A stretch of 64,000 bases of DNA. It comes from the human T2T-CHM13v2.0 reference genome, Homo sapiens. The stretch is from assembly GCF_009914755.1 (NCBI RefSeq), contig NC_060930.1, one strand, 5' to 3'. The notes under the pieces are model-generated. The model saw only the letters and a program-made list of their open reading frames with translations, was not told the origin of the DNA and did no database searches. How positions within the stretch are numbered: position 1 is the stretch's first letter; each line of letters begins with the position of its first letter. Positions 42,778 through 55,953 of the stretch are shown piece by piece. The translations under genes and the position numbers were made by a program.

Positions 42778-44250
42778 AAATACATCTCCATGCCTTTGGC
42801 TTATTTTTCTATAGGATTTTTTATGTCTTTCTTAAGGATTTAGAGGTGTTCTTAATGTAGATATTACTTTGATACTAATATTTTGTTGGTAGTGTGTATT
42901 GTAAATATTTTCTTTCATTCTGTAACTTTTTTCACATCTTGAATATGTATTTTGATGAATAAAATTTCTCAACTTTAATATAATCAAATTTATCATGGTC
43001 TTATAGATATAGTTTCTGTGTCTTGTTAAGGAACTCTTCTGCTACACTAAGGTCTAAAACATATTTACTTATATATTCTAACATGAGTATAAAGTTTCAT
43101 TCTTTATATTGAAGTTCTCAATTGACCTGAAGCTGATTTTGTATATGAAATGTGGAAAGGTTCTAATTTTATCTCTTTCCAAATATTATTCCACCCATGC
43201 ATTTCATAAAAGAGGAAATACACATGGCCAAAAAAGATTTGAAATAATATTGAACTTCATTAGCAATGGAGTAAACACAATACAAAAACACAGTTAATAG
43301 CATATTATATTCTTTTAAATGGCAAAAAAATTTGAAGTTTACAATATCAAGTATTTAGAGAATGTGGTTCCACAGGATCTCTTACATTGCTGATGGGAAT
43401 GCAAAATGTTAAAACCATGAGAAAAGCAATTTGATATTTGTCTTGGTCCATTCGGGCTGCTAAGATAAAATACCATAACTTGGGTGGTTTATAAACAACA
43501 GAAATTTTTTCTCACAGTTCTGGAGGCTGGGAAGTCCAAGATCAAGGCATTGGCGGATGTGGTGTCTGGTAAGGGCTTGCTTTTCAGGTCCTAGATGGCA
43601 CCTTCTTGCTGTGTTCTTACATGGTGAAGGGGATAGCTAACTCTCTGGGTCTCTTTATAAAAACATTAATCCAATCGTGAGGGCTCCACCCTCATGACCT
43701 AATCACCTGCTAAAGGTAACACTTTCCAACAGTATCACCATGGGGGTTAGGATTTCAACATATGAATTTTGAGGGAACACAAACATTCAGACAATGGCAG
43801 TATTATAAAGTTGAACATTCACACCCCCTGTGAGCAACAATTCCACAGAAACAATACACATAGCACCATTGTTCATATTAACAAAACATGTAGAAAACCC
43901 AAGAGCTCATGTCAGGAGACTGGTGAATAAACAGTATTATATTCACATAAAGTTTCATAGAGTGGTTAAAATAAATGACCTTCAATAACAGACAATAATA
44001 TGAAAGCATCTTAGCTATATATTATTAAGTGAATAAAACTAATTCCTAGAAGATAACATACAATTTGATATTCATTTTTGTAACCTTAAAAATAATTTTA
44101 ATAAAAAGAAAAAAAAGAGAATGATGAACACCTCTTCAGGATGGAGGTTACCTTAAGTGAGGGGAAGCAACAGGTTACCATGGAAGGGGACCAAAAAGGC
44201 ATATGTAGGCTAGCTTTTTTTTCTGAGTAGCAGGTTCATGAATGCTGATG
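42778..44250 (+). mobile_element. Ancient L1ME-type element with inverted 5' segment (42778-43198 antisense)
   Basis: Antisense ORF2-end motifs, then sense atttcataaaagaggaaatacacatggcc and 3'UTR ttcaggatggaggttacc. Confidence 0.7.
43439..43799 (-). mobile_element. MST/MLT1A-type MaLR solo LTR
   Basis: tgtcttggtccattcgggctgct...aacattcagacaatggca; TSD atatt/gtatt. Confidence 0.9.
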
Positions 44251-44318
44251 ACGTTATTAAAGGTAACTAACCAACAAACAAAGATATAAAAGAGGCCATA
44301 TATGGAGTAATATTATGA

Positions 44319-44617
<299 letters not shown>

Positions 44618-45078
44618 TGTTATGAGTATCTTGAAGCAGAAATTTGATTACTCTAATTCTGAGTAGCTGTGGTGTAATACAAAATAAAAACAAAGAAAAA
44701 TAGCTAATAAACAGCCATGTTTAAAAGGGCATGAATTTGATAAAACAGATTCTTTGCTAGGACCATTCCAAACAATAATGGTCAGATAAATCTAAAATTA
44801 TAGTAGAATTATATATAAAAATGCAGGTTTTCATCTGAAAGTCCAGTAGCAGATTGATGAATTTTCATAAGAGAAGAATGAAAGTGACATGATGAAAATA
44901 TTAGCTTTAGCTTGTTTGTTTGTGGAAACTCCATTCCAACTACCTCATATAGCACTTGGCAGACTTTAAGCAAGGATTCAGAGAACAAGTGGCAAAAGCA
45001 AAAGTGCACAGGTCAGAGGGCCGTCCTGAACATGTTAGCAGAAGAATGTTTCACAGCAGAATACATTATCATAGGCAT

Positions 45079-45518
45079 TGTTATAAATTGAATTGGGCCC
45101 ACCCTCTCCCAAGTTCACATACTGAAGTGCCACTGTAACTGTATTTGGAGATAGGATCTTTATATAGAAAGGTAATTAAGGTTAAATGAGGTCATAAGTG
45201 TGAGTTCTAGTACTTTAGAATTGGTGTCCTTATGAAAAGAGAGATACCAGAACTTGCGTTTGCTCCCTCTCTCTCTCTCTCTCTCTTTTCACCGCAGAGG
45301 AAAGGCCATATGAGAATATAGTAAGAAGGTGGCTGTCTGCAAACCAAGAAGAGAGCGCTCACCAGGAAACTAATCAGCCAGCATCTTGACCTGGAATTTG
45401 TACCTTCCAGAACTCTGAGAAAATAAATTTCTGTTGTTTAAACTACCTCATCATATTAACTACCTCATCATATAAACTACCTCATATTTTGTTATGGCAG
45501 CCCATGCTGATGAATACA
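45079..45518 (+). mobile_element. MLT1A/B-type solo LTR
   Basis: ctgtatttggagatagg...aaggttaaatgaggtcata...aaataaatttctgttgttta...tttgttatggcagccc; TSD ggcat/gacac. Confidence 0.9.
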
Positions 45519-45899
45519 GACACCCTGGTTAGAAGTTGGACTGTTGGAATATTCAGAGACATTAGTCCAACTCCTACACACACAAATTGTCTGACTAGGA
45601 GTTTTTTTTTTCAATTACCTACATCCAATCACAGTCTTTTTCTGGGCTGATAAGGTGCTAAGCGCTATACAGAACAGAAATGCGTTTGAGCTGAGTTCAC
45701 AGGACTCACAAGAACACAAAGGGCTGTTCTTGGCCTGAGAACACCTGAGTATGACCTCTCAGATGCATCTATAGTCCCTTTCACTTCAGCTTACTGTCAA
45801 ACCAACAATTTTATGTTTAGTATTCTCTTACTTTTCTTTATGGTTTTACCACATGTATATGTATTCCTGAACAAATATTTTTAATTGATTTTTTCAATC

Positions 45900-46062
45900 T
45901 AGACCAATTTTTTTTGTTTTATTGTCTCACTCCCCCTGCCAGATATAAGCTCTCAGAGGGCAGAGATTTTTGCATGTTTTGTTTGCTGCTATATTCCTGG
46001 TGCCTAAAACAGCACCTGGCACATGTCAGGTGCTTATATATATTTGTTGAGTAAATGAATTA
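45900..46062 (+). mobile_element. L2 3' end
   Basis: taagctctcagagggcagaga...cctggcacat...tatttgttgagtaaatgaat. Confidence 0.85.
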
Positions 46063-48569
46063 ACTGATATAAGTGAGTGGAAGTAGTTCCTGAGGCCTTC
46101 CTCTTTTCTCACAGATGTCCACCTAAAGATTTGTGTAAAGTTAGTATCTGTGGGAAAAAATTATCTATGTTACAAAAGTCTAGCCTTTTATGCTGTCAGT
46201 ACTCAAGGATTCATCCTATTAACGCATGAAAAATTCTTGCTCAATTGTACATATGCACTTTTGCTTCCTATTTATTGCTGTGTCACCAAGCTTGCAGCAG
46301 GCCTGGCTACAGTCAAACCATCAATCCCACAGTGATATTACACAGCGTTTTACTGTCATACCTTATTGTGTCAAAGTTCATCCATTCTACACTTCTACAT
46401 CTACATCCCATCATCATATTTTTCCTAAGACAGAGTACCATATTCTTATACAAATGGCCTTCTGACATTCGTGGGTTCATTGCCTAATTCCTGGGACATA
46501 GCAGTCCTGTGGCCTCCAGTAAGAGACCTTCCCAGACTAGCCTCCATAAGCTAATCTGAGCAAGAAATGAGGAGAAAGAAGGCAACAAGCTCATCTGACC
46601 ATTGGTCTTTCTGACCTGTGAAAATGGAAATCCAGATGACAGAGATGAATTCAGAGATGAATTCAGGGGTTCATCTTGGGTCACCTCCCTGTTCTCTCTC
46701 TTCCATAGCTCCACGCCTCCCTATTTCCTGCACTCTGGTTAGATCTTCATTCTTGCCCTTGGATTCAGAGTATGAAGCTCCTTCCTCAAATGTCAGACCC
46801 TACATTCTTTCTTCACATAGTCCCACCTCTTCCTTTGCTTTGCCCTGGTTGCACCCTTTTGAAGCCCAGAGACCACTAAATCCAGGTCAGCAGATTATAA
46901 AGTCCTGCTTAAAGTTGGCAAGAAGCATCATTTCCTCAACCTCACAGGGCTTCCAGAACTGACAGCTGCAGACTTCAGTGAACCTTTGCTCAATATTTCC
47001 TTGCACAGAGCTGAGAAATAGTAACTTCCATCCAGAAACATTCTTCTGAATAAAGATGCACTGGGAGGTTTAAGGATAAATTTTTGGTCTCAGAGCAGTC
47101 ATCTTTTCCTTTTCACAATATTCTAATTTCCTGCAGATTTCTCATAGCCCAGAATAAAGACACTGGGATTTTTTAATACATATTGAGAGAATTTCAGAGA
47201 CAAGGAGCATTTATAACACATACTCTTGAAGTAGATGAGTTCATTTGAACACATCAAGCTAATTGCCCTATTGTGAGGAGGGTGGTAGCTTGTTTCACGG
47301 GGTTGCCATTGTTACCCATTCCTAAGAGGGCAACTGCACTTAAAAAGGATTTTCTAATTCCTGAGCCACCTCTTTGTTTCCTCCTGTCTTGGATGAAGTC
47401 ACTAAGCTATCTTTATAACTTCATATCATTTTCCAAGCAACACACTGAGAAGCTATAAACAGAACATTGGGGAAAGCCAAACCCACACAACTTGTAGGAA
47501 AATTGGATTAAACATTGGTCTGTAATCAAAAGTGATCCTGGTGAAAATTAATTAAAGAGAAATATTTCTGTTGCCTGTGGCTTTATTCTGCTGTGCAGAG
47601 AACAACTGTTCCAGATAATAGCATTTGACTCCCAAAGTGAGAGTGGGATTTATAATTTTTCTCTCTTAAGAAATTACTAGTCATGGACAAGAAGAAACCC
47701 CATGCCTTCTAGTGTGCCTATAAAAATAATTTGGTGCAACTTGCAATTTGCATAGATCCAACCTTGGACCTTGGACATTAAATCCAAGGTCTAAGATGAG
47801 AATTCTCTTCTTGACCAGAGTGATCGCTCATCCTTGCTTGTTTCCCTGCACACCCTTCATCCCCTGACATACTAATAAAAAATAATTCATCTGACAATAC
47901 AAGCTCTTCTTTCTTTGAGTTCTTTCAGTTTTTCTCTGAGTAATTTCAGCCTATCCACTTGGGTCACGAAAATTTGCAGAATATGTTATCTTAGAGGTAG
48001 ATCAAAACACAAAATGAAAATTTTCTGATCCCTTTCTGGCCTCTTCCCTCAAAAAGAAATAGGAGCTGGTGGTTAGCAAGTCTTTGAACTTTTCCATGTT
48101 CTTTCCTTGAATTTTGAAGAGTAGTTCCGCAGTAAGTTGCTTTTATTTTTGTTTTATCAATGTATCTATATTGAGTTCTTGGTTTTAACTAGTGATGTTA
48201 CTTTATCACGTTTCAGTCCCTCTAAGGCTATATTTTATTCATTTAATGTGATGTAGTTTGTATTTGACCTATTTTCTGTGGGGATATGTTTTGTATATTT
48301 TCAGAGTTTATCTAAAAAATGACAATTAAATCTTGAACAAGTTCTTCTATTTCAGTGTAGCTAAATTTACTGGTAGCCAGAGGAAGAGTTGTTAAGAGTT
48401 AAGAAAACATATATTTACTTTCCACTTAAAAATAGAAAAGAGAGAAATGCACTTTGCCCTATCAAAAATATAACTTGGATAATCAAAAATTTCATGAGGA
48501 CCTCTCGAGTCCAGACCGGTAAATGTGTAAACTATCCAAGGTAGGAAGAATTTGAAATTAATTGAGGCA

Positions 48570-48926
48570 ATGAGAGCTGGGATATTAAAACCATTATTTA
48601 AAAAGTATATGATATAAACTTGCAATTAAATACACTGTATGGAAAACAAATGTAATAAAAACTCATCCCTTCCTCATAATTTTACTGCATTTTACTATTA
48701 CCTGTGTTCTAGGGGTCATTTATAGGCATTGTATCTGGGATGGAATATAATGCTGTGCTGCTTGCTACACATTAAATCTTCCGAGCTCCATGTGCAGTCA
48801 TGTGAGGTTGGCAGCTTGGAGCAGCCATATAGGAGTATTTATACCATGGAATTTGCCACATGGTACAAATCAGGGCTTTTTTTCTCCAGCCTTTCAGTTG
48901 TTTCTAACATTTCCCAGCACCCTAGT
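48570..48926. mobile_element. MER63-type hAT-Blackjack element
   Basis: aaaactcatcccttcct...ggagtatttataccatggaatttg...tacaaatcagggctttttt...taacatttcccagcacc. Confidence 0.75.
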
Positions 48927-49029
48927 ACCTAACAGAATAAGAATCTTGCTATTTCCAGGTGTAAATAGATTGGAAAGACCTATTTTAGAGAGCGATTTCC
49001 CTGGATACTTTTTGGTTTTTGCTTCCCAT

Positions 49030-49490
49030 CACCCTTTCCCTCCTCATCTTGTATGATCATCCCTTTCTCTGTGGAATTTCCTCTTTCTCATTTCATGTAG
49101 TTGGGCCAAAGGGTGGGAGTCCACAGACCCCAGCCTTTCCTTGCCTCGGGTGGGCCCATGAGTTGAGTCTAACCAGTCGTAGTACTTCATAGCATTGGCC
49201 ATGTCCCTGGCCACTGGGTCAGGCATGAACATCTGAACCAAACTGGGACAGAGTCCTCCTTAAAATGTCATGAATGGATGCTGGCTGGGATAAGGAGTTG
49301 CAAACATAGGCTTGAGGTTACCATTGGCCATCTCTCCAACACATGATAATACATGAAGGGAAGCAGGACACTAATGACATTACACAATTTAAAACTTGCT
49401 TGAAGCCAGATGCTCTTTGGACTTCCCAGTTACCTAAGCCAATATATTCCCTTTTTCACATGGCCAATAAGCATTTTATCTTGGGTAATT
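49030..49490 (+). mobile_element. Old MLT1 (K/L-like) LTR
   Basis: ccctggccactgggtcaggcatg...ggacttcccagttacctaagccaatatattcccttttt. Confidence 0.65.
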
Positions 49491-51949
49491 CTGGTAAACG
49501 CCATATAATGTGACATATTCATGTGGGAAGCATTGTCGATTCTTCTTATGTTACAGTGACAGAGGTGCCTGGAAGGGGGTTGAAATTTGGTTTATATTGT
49601 TACCAGATCTGTGGACTAACAAGGTGCTCTTTAAAAGAGTTCTTATTGCACTTATCAACCAGAATTCTATGTAATTTATAAGATTGTATGTAAAAGACTA
49701 AATATTGTATTAACTTGGCACTTTGAAGTTTGTGAAAGGTAAGGACAATACAACACCAATCACTATATCCCCAGGAATTATCTCAGCATCATATGGAATA
49801 TAGTAAGAAATTGCTCAGGGAATCTTTGTTGATAGAAGAGCTGTCTCCTGAAAACTGTGCATTCATCTGTACCATGACGATGATTCAGCAGTTTTATGCA
49901 ATATCCCACGGCTTGCTTTGTGTGAAAGGCATATGGACAACACTGTTTGATGTGTGGCAGAGTAAGCAGATTCAATAAATAAAGACCTTCTATCAGTATG
50001 CTGTTTGACCTTGAGAACTGAACTTGTTTCTGTATAAACCAGATTTCCCATTTCTAAGACTCTGGGCTCAAAGGAACCAAGCAAGAGAAATACCCTATCC
50101 TGCTTTATAATAAGCTAAAATAAATTAATCCATTGGCTATTTGCAAAGGAATTTAACAGCTAAAACTGAGCTTCTGAGGTTTTAAGAATATTTTTCTAAT
50201 ATAGCTCATCCACTTACAACACCCAACAAGAACACTTTTGTGAAAACAAGAGCTTTGTCCTCATTTCAGTTGATATCTGTTGGGAGAATACTTGCTTCTC
50301 CTTCTACATTTCGATAGGGACAGAGCAGTATTGGGGTGAATACTTCTAGATCTTCTCACTGTCCCTTTATGGATTCTTCCTTATTAGAATAAAAAGAAAT
50401 CTGTCTGGGAAAAGAAGAATAAGCTGACACATATTGACCATGCTGCCAGGAGAGGCTGAGGCACAGCATCAAAAGCCCAGCAGCATTCCAGCCTCTCTGT
50501 TCCGCCACACACTGACTATTGAACAGTCAAAATCCTCTGTATGGTTGGCTGAGTAAAATGTGTGCTCTGCAGAAACAGCCCTCCCTACACGTGAGGAACA
50601 GGGCCTAGAAGAAGAAGAAAATAAGAGGCCTCGTGCCAACTAAGCCTGAGCTCAACCATCTAATATTTGTTAGGGGTTACCAAGTCAACAAGACTGAAAC
50701 TCTACTGCAAGGTGCATTTTACTTCATTTTGCTGTGTTCAATTGATTAAGGACCTAGAAATAATGTTACTTCTAAGTAATTAGTACCCTAGGTACCAACA
50801 TAGGACATTTTGATGAGAAAGTAGCATTTGGATGGCAAAGAACCCCATGGGGAGCCTAGTGTTTTGGAGTGCTTCTTGTGGCTGGTGCTCTCAGGAGTTT
50901 GAGTGGTAACTGGCATGATACCACAAGCTTAAATGTTTAAGTATTAATTACAGTGTTGCCTAGTAACTTAAGGCACAGGGCCCAGTCTGCATTTAGAAAG
51001 AAATGGCTTCATTTTTGGATTAGTAGGTTTTTCTAGAAACTGAAGTTGAATGAGAAGAAATGTCCTTGAGTGTAGAGAAATTCACTCCTGTATTTGAGAG
51101 AGGGTCTTTCTGGGAGTTTATACTAGAGTGGTGGCTTTACTTCTTTAGGGACCATAGGGCAGAAAGTCCCTACTGCATGTTGATAAGGTTGGTCTCAGGG
51201 CCATCAGAACCTTAGAAGATAGGCATAAATGGGAAGAAAAATTCTCAAAAAAATTGTTTAAAAAAAATTACTTAACCAGACTACAGCTATAAAACATGGG
51301 CAGGAGATAATCAAAGTAATGGTATTGTAGTTGTTGTGGCTGCCATTCAGGACTTTGCATTTCTATGCTAAGCTCAAATTCTGTTCAAATTTACCTTCTT
51401 TGGACTATAACCAGTTAGAATGAAGATATAATTTTAAGGGAGTAGGCCAAAATGGCTTGAACATAGGCATCAAGAATCATCTCTACCATGTTGTTTCAAT
51501 TTGATTCTGAATTAATTACCTATGCTTTGAACATGATTGTAACCTTGCCTAGTCAGGAATAAATATATTTTATTATAATGTAGACAAAGAATGGATCTTT
51601 TATGTTACAGGGTATATACCAACTATTTGAGTTGTAGTGAAAAATACCAGTGGAGTTATTATATTCCAAAGAAGACATTTTGAAAGCCTGTGTTAGACAA
51701 TCTATAGAAAATTATTTTTTTCAGACTCAAGGAGAAAGACCACTGCAAAAAGCAAGTTTGAATCTTAAACAGAATCAGACAGAAAAAAATGAGAAGAAAA
51801 TTACAATTTCCTTCAGTAAAAAGTTGAAGTTTCAGTGGCCCAGGTAGAAAGATAGGATAGAAAAAAAAAGGGGGTAAACCCTTTCCTAGATGTTCCTAGA
51901 AAGAAAACTGGGAAAGAGAAGGGCATTTTAGTTGACACTAGATTAAGAT

Positions 51950-54900
51950 TACAGTATTTTCACACTCTGCCCATTTACAGAGTTCTATCTGCATAACTCC
52001 TCCCCAGACCTCCTCATCACCAGTCTTTCAGTCCTACTGCTTCTAATTTCCTGACAATACAGACAAATAATTAGCAACCAACATAAATCAGTATAGAACG
52101 GAACTTCTGGTCATTTCCCCTTCTAGCTAAAATGAAGAACGAGGTGCATGCACTGATGCAAATTCTGCTCACTGGGATGATTTTCTCCTACTGTCCTTCA
52201 GGGTTATCCCATGGCGGGTCTGTAGTGCTACAGTCATCACTTTGGGTATAGCCAGAATATTGTGCAGAATCATCTATAAATAATTCCCAGATGTTTTTGT
52301 CCTCCATTCTGGTCATAGGAAACCCCCTATGAGGCCACGGATGAAGACTGAGAGAGAGAGAGAAAGCTATGTAGCAGAAGTAGAGACCACAGGCATTTGG
52401 GTTAGTTACTCATGCCCAGTTAATGAGCCCAGTCTCATATAAAACATTTTCATTTAATAATGAAGTGCTACAATCCAAGTAAAACTTCATGGCTTGGTGG
52501 GTCAGAAAACATCTTGTTCATGATGGGCAATTCAGGTCTTACAGTAATTTGATAGTCCATGGTCAGCCTCTACTAGTGCCCAGGGGCAAGCCAAGAACTG
52601 TTCCCTTCAAGAGAAAAACAGTTATCCATAGAGCACGTCATGCTTTTGCTCCAAATCTTAAAGGTACCACTATAATTCACCTATATATGCTATGTAAAGC
52701 TCCTATGGCATCCCTATCTGTTACAGACACTTCAAGTACCATCTGATCTGCTGGGTCATACAACACCCTTGAATTTTTGTGAATTTTTGTGGGATTTTTT
52801 GTGAACTTTTATTTCCCGCCCTCTGGCACATGTATCCTTACCAAGATGTTTAGAGCAGTTCCTGCAGCCTGCTCACTAGGTCCTATCAGTATAATATCAT
52901 AAATGTATTGATATCCTGTGGAAAGGAGAAGTGATCAAGGTCCACGTCCACCAGATTTTGACTTAGGGATAGAAAGTTTATATGGCCTGTAAGTAAGAGA
53001 GTGAAAATATATTGCCAGCCCTGCCAGTTGAAAGCAAATTGCTTTGATAGTATTTACTAATAGAATAGGTAAAAAGGGAAAAGCACCAAATCAATATCTG
53101 CATACCAGGTGCTCAGGGGATATGTTGATTTGCCCCAGCAATGAAGAAACACCTGGAACAGCAGCTATAATTTGATTAAATTTATGATGAGCAATCATCA
53201 TTCAAGATCCATCTTCTTCACAAACCAAATAGCAAATGAAGATTTAGTAGGAATAATCACCTGAATCTTTCAAATCCTTGATGGTGGCATTAATCTCTGC
53301 AATCATTCTAAGAATACAATATTACTGTTGGTTTGCTAATTTGGTGGGTAGAGGCAGTTTTAGTAGCATCTGTTTAGCCTTTCCTACCATAACAGCTCTT
53401 ACCTCAAAGGATACAGAACCAACTTTGGGCTTCTGTCAGTTTCTGAATATGTCTATTCCAACAGTGCAATCTAGAACTGGAAAATTAATCACAAGGTAGG
53501 TTCAGGAACTCATTGAACCCACTTCCAGATTGACACAAGCCAAAAGCTCATTTATCACTTGACTTCATTTAACCCTATTCTGACTGGTGGACTGCAGTAG
53601 CATTTTGTTTCTCCAGGAATTAGTGTCAATTCAGAATCAGAACCACAAAGTCTGATTATTCTTCTTTTGCCAATGCACAATTATCCTGGGAAATGACCAT
53701 AGGTCCCTTTTGACAAGGCTAAGAGGAGTATTATAATATAAATATTGCCTGTGTAACGAGTTTTTTCTCAAAGGAATTCCATAAACAAAGATCCTTCATT
53801 TAAGGGATACTTCATTCAAGGGACTTTTTATCTGTCAAGAGAATAAAGTCTGAGGATTGGTTGAGAGTATATTGACTCTCTATTATGGCGTTTCAGATCA
53901 GACTTGTTTACCAGACCTAGAGCTACTTTTCAAATCGAGTAAGACTTTACTAGGATGTCTATCTACTGCAGTTCTAAGGATATCATGATCAGATACCAAT
54001 ACCAAAGATTTCTACAGCTCAGACCATTCTCACAGCTACTTCAGCTCTGCTGTCCATTAAGTGCTACCACTTGGCCCATGCCATTCCTGGATGCTGTCAT
54101 TCTCATTGAATTCAGTTATTGGCAGTACTTTCTGCTGTCATTTCTGGACTACAGAAAGTAGCCACCACAGAGCTTTCTAGTGATGCTGTGGCTCACTTCA
54201 CAAATGCATTTCTTAAAGCCTTGATTGAGGAAGCATCCTTGGGACACTTCTAGGGGTGTGGGCATGAATTATGGCATGAACAAGCAGACCTTTGATGGTC
54301 GATTCATTCTAGCATCCTAGGGTCGCTAAGCCTTTGTATATCTTCTAAAGGGTTTCATGAAAGCTCTGGCATTTAAACTTTATTTAATGTAAGGGACCCT
54401 CTGGGTGGAGGTTTCTGTCAACAAACTGATCAAACTATTAGAGCCCCTCTCAACCATTTGAACTAAGTCAGGAAATCCAAAATCTTGGTTTGGTAAACCT
54501 ATATCAACAAACTCCTTCCAAACTAACATATGTCTTCACCCTGATCCAGTACCTGTAGCATCAATGCCCAGTTTCTGAGGTTTCTGGTGGTATAAGTTGG
54601 CAAAATCTTGCTATCTTTTTTACATGTTGATTGTATCTTCTTATAGGGCACACTTTATATCTTACTACCTGGGGCATGGCAAAAATTTAGTCCTATCATA
54701 GGTCAAGAAACAATGAGATGTGGTAGAGGTATGTCCTACAGAAGATTAGCAGTCTCCTCAAAGAAGGTCAGTACTGCTTCCTTCAGCAAGGGAGCCATCC
54801 TCATCAGACAGAAGAGAGAGGTATAACTTCTGCTGGCAAAAAAGGTTTCGTGGAATTTATGGGTTGAAGGTCCTCAACTTCCATAGAATCAGCATAAATG

Positions 54901-55449
54901 TCCCAATCAAATTTTTAGGGCCCCACTCCTTCCCAGTCAATGGCCTAACTTTAACATAGACATCTGGTGAGGTTGAGAATTCAATTTGCCTTGTAATTCA
55001 GCCATTTATCATTAAACTTGGTTTTCCAAATCTTGGTCCCATGGTCACAAGACATTTCTGTTAGGGCATTATTATAATCTTCACAGTTGTTTGCCTATAT
55101 ATCGAGCTGATAATTTAAAGCCATGAACTGATCATTTTCCCCCCAAGTTTTCTATTGCACTTAAAGGCAAACAATCAAAACCCTTACATCCTTATTGTCA
55201 CTAAAAGTATTTTATGAAAGCAACTACTCTGTCATCCAAAGCCTTGTCTTCTATAGACAGTTCACAAATGAAATTTAAGTATCTATATTCTCACTGCATG
55301 CCATGAACTACCAGTGTCTCTTTACCATTGGAAAAAGGGTCATTTTAAATGTTTCAGATCTGAGAACCTATTCCAGGTAGCCTAGAACCAATTCAGAGAA
55401 TCCATCCTTTGGGTTCTGTTCCCCTGGAACTACTTCCAACACCAAATTC
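51950..55449 (-). mobile_element. Decayed ERVL internal region (PBS, gag, protease/RT to RNase H), 3'-truncated
   Basis: Antisense translation near 53000-53400 gives IAEINATIKDLKD, AAVPGV, SLLGQINISP, matching ERVL RT; ERVL-type leader gaatttggtgttggaagtagttccaggggaacagaac at 55410-55449. Confidence 0.88.
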
Positions 55450-55953
55450 AGTATCAATCAAGGTTTGATCCAAGAAGTGGAACCATGAAGAGTGACATAG
55501 TAGAATAAGGAACTTACTGTAGGGAATACATGTTATACTTTGTGTCTGGTGATGGGCCTTCAATAGCTTTAAATCAGCCAGGCTGGCAGTCAAAGGGAAG
55601 AGCTAGCCATGAAGTGGGCAAGAGCAAAAACAAACTGGAGTGCACAAGGAGGAAATAGAATCCATGAGAACAAACTGGAACTCATGAAAAACTAGAGCCT
55701 GAGTCTGTCTCTAACTGACTCCATAATCCATACAGCATATAACCTGCAGGTGAAGCTGGTACCTTTATCATGGAGCTTCAACACACCTGGCTCCAGTCTC
55801 AAGTCAAAAAACGAGGACCCTCAGGAGCTGAAGCTACCACAATCCTGAGTGCTGTTCCACACCAACAAGGCAAGTGAGCCCTTCAGTGAGGCATGTGCAA
55901 GCTGCCACAGGCCAAACACCCAACACCAATCTTCAGATCATAAAACAGATGTT
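55450..55953 (-). mobile_element. ERVL 5' LTR of LTR41/LTR52 type, cut by L1 insertion
   Basis: Adjacent to PBS; repeated aaactgga motifs followed by tctgtctctaactgactcc and the APOA4-like block. Confidence 0.75.
55741..55910 (+). pseudogene. APOA4 exon-3-like fragment captured within the LTR
   Basis: aacctgcaggtgaagctggtacc = NLQVKLVP vs APOA4 DLQKKLVP; tgctgttccacaccaacaagg = LFHTNK vs LPHANE; frameshifted. Confidence 0.7.
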
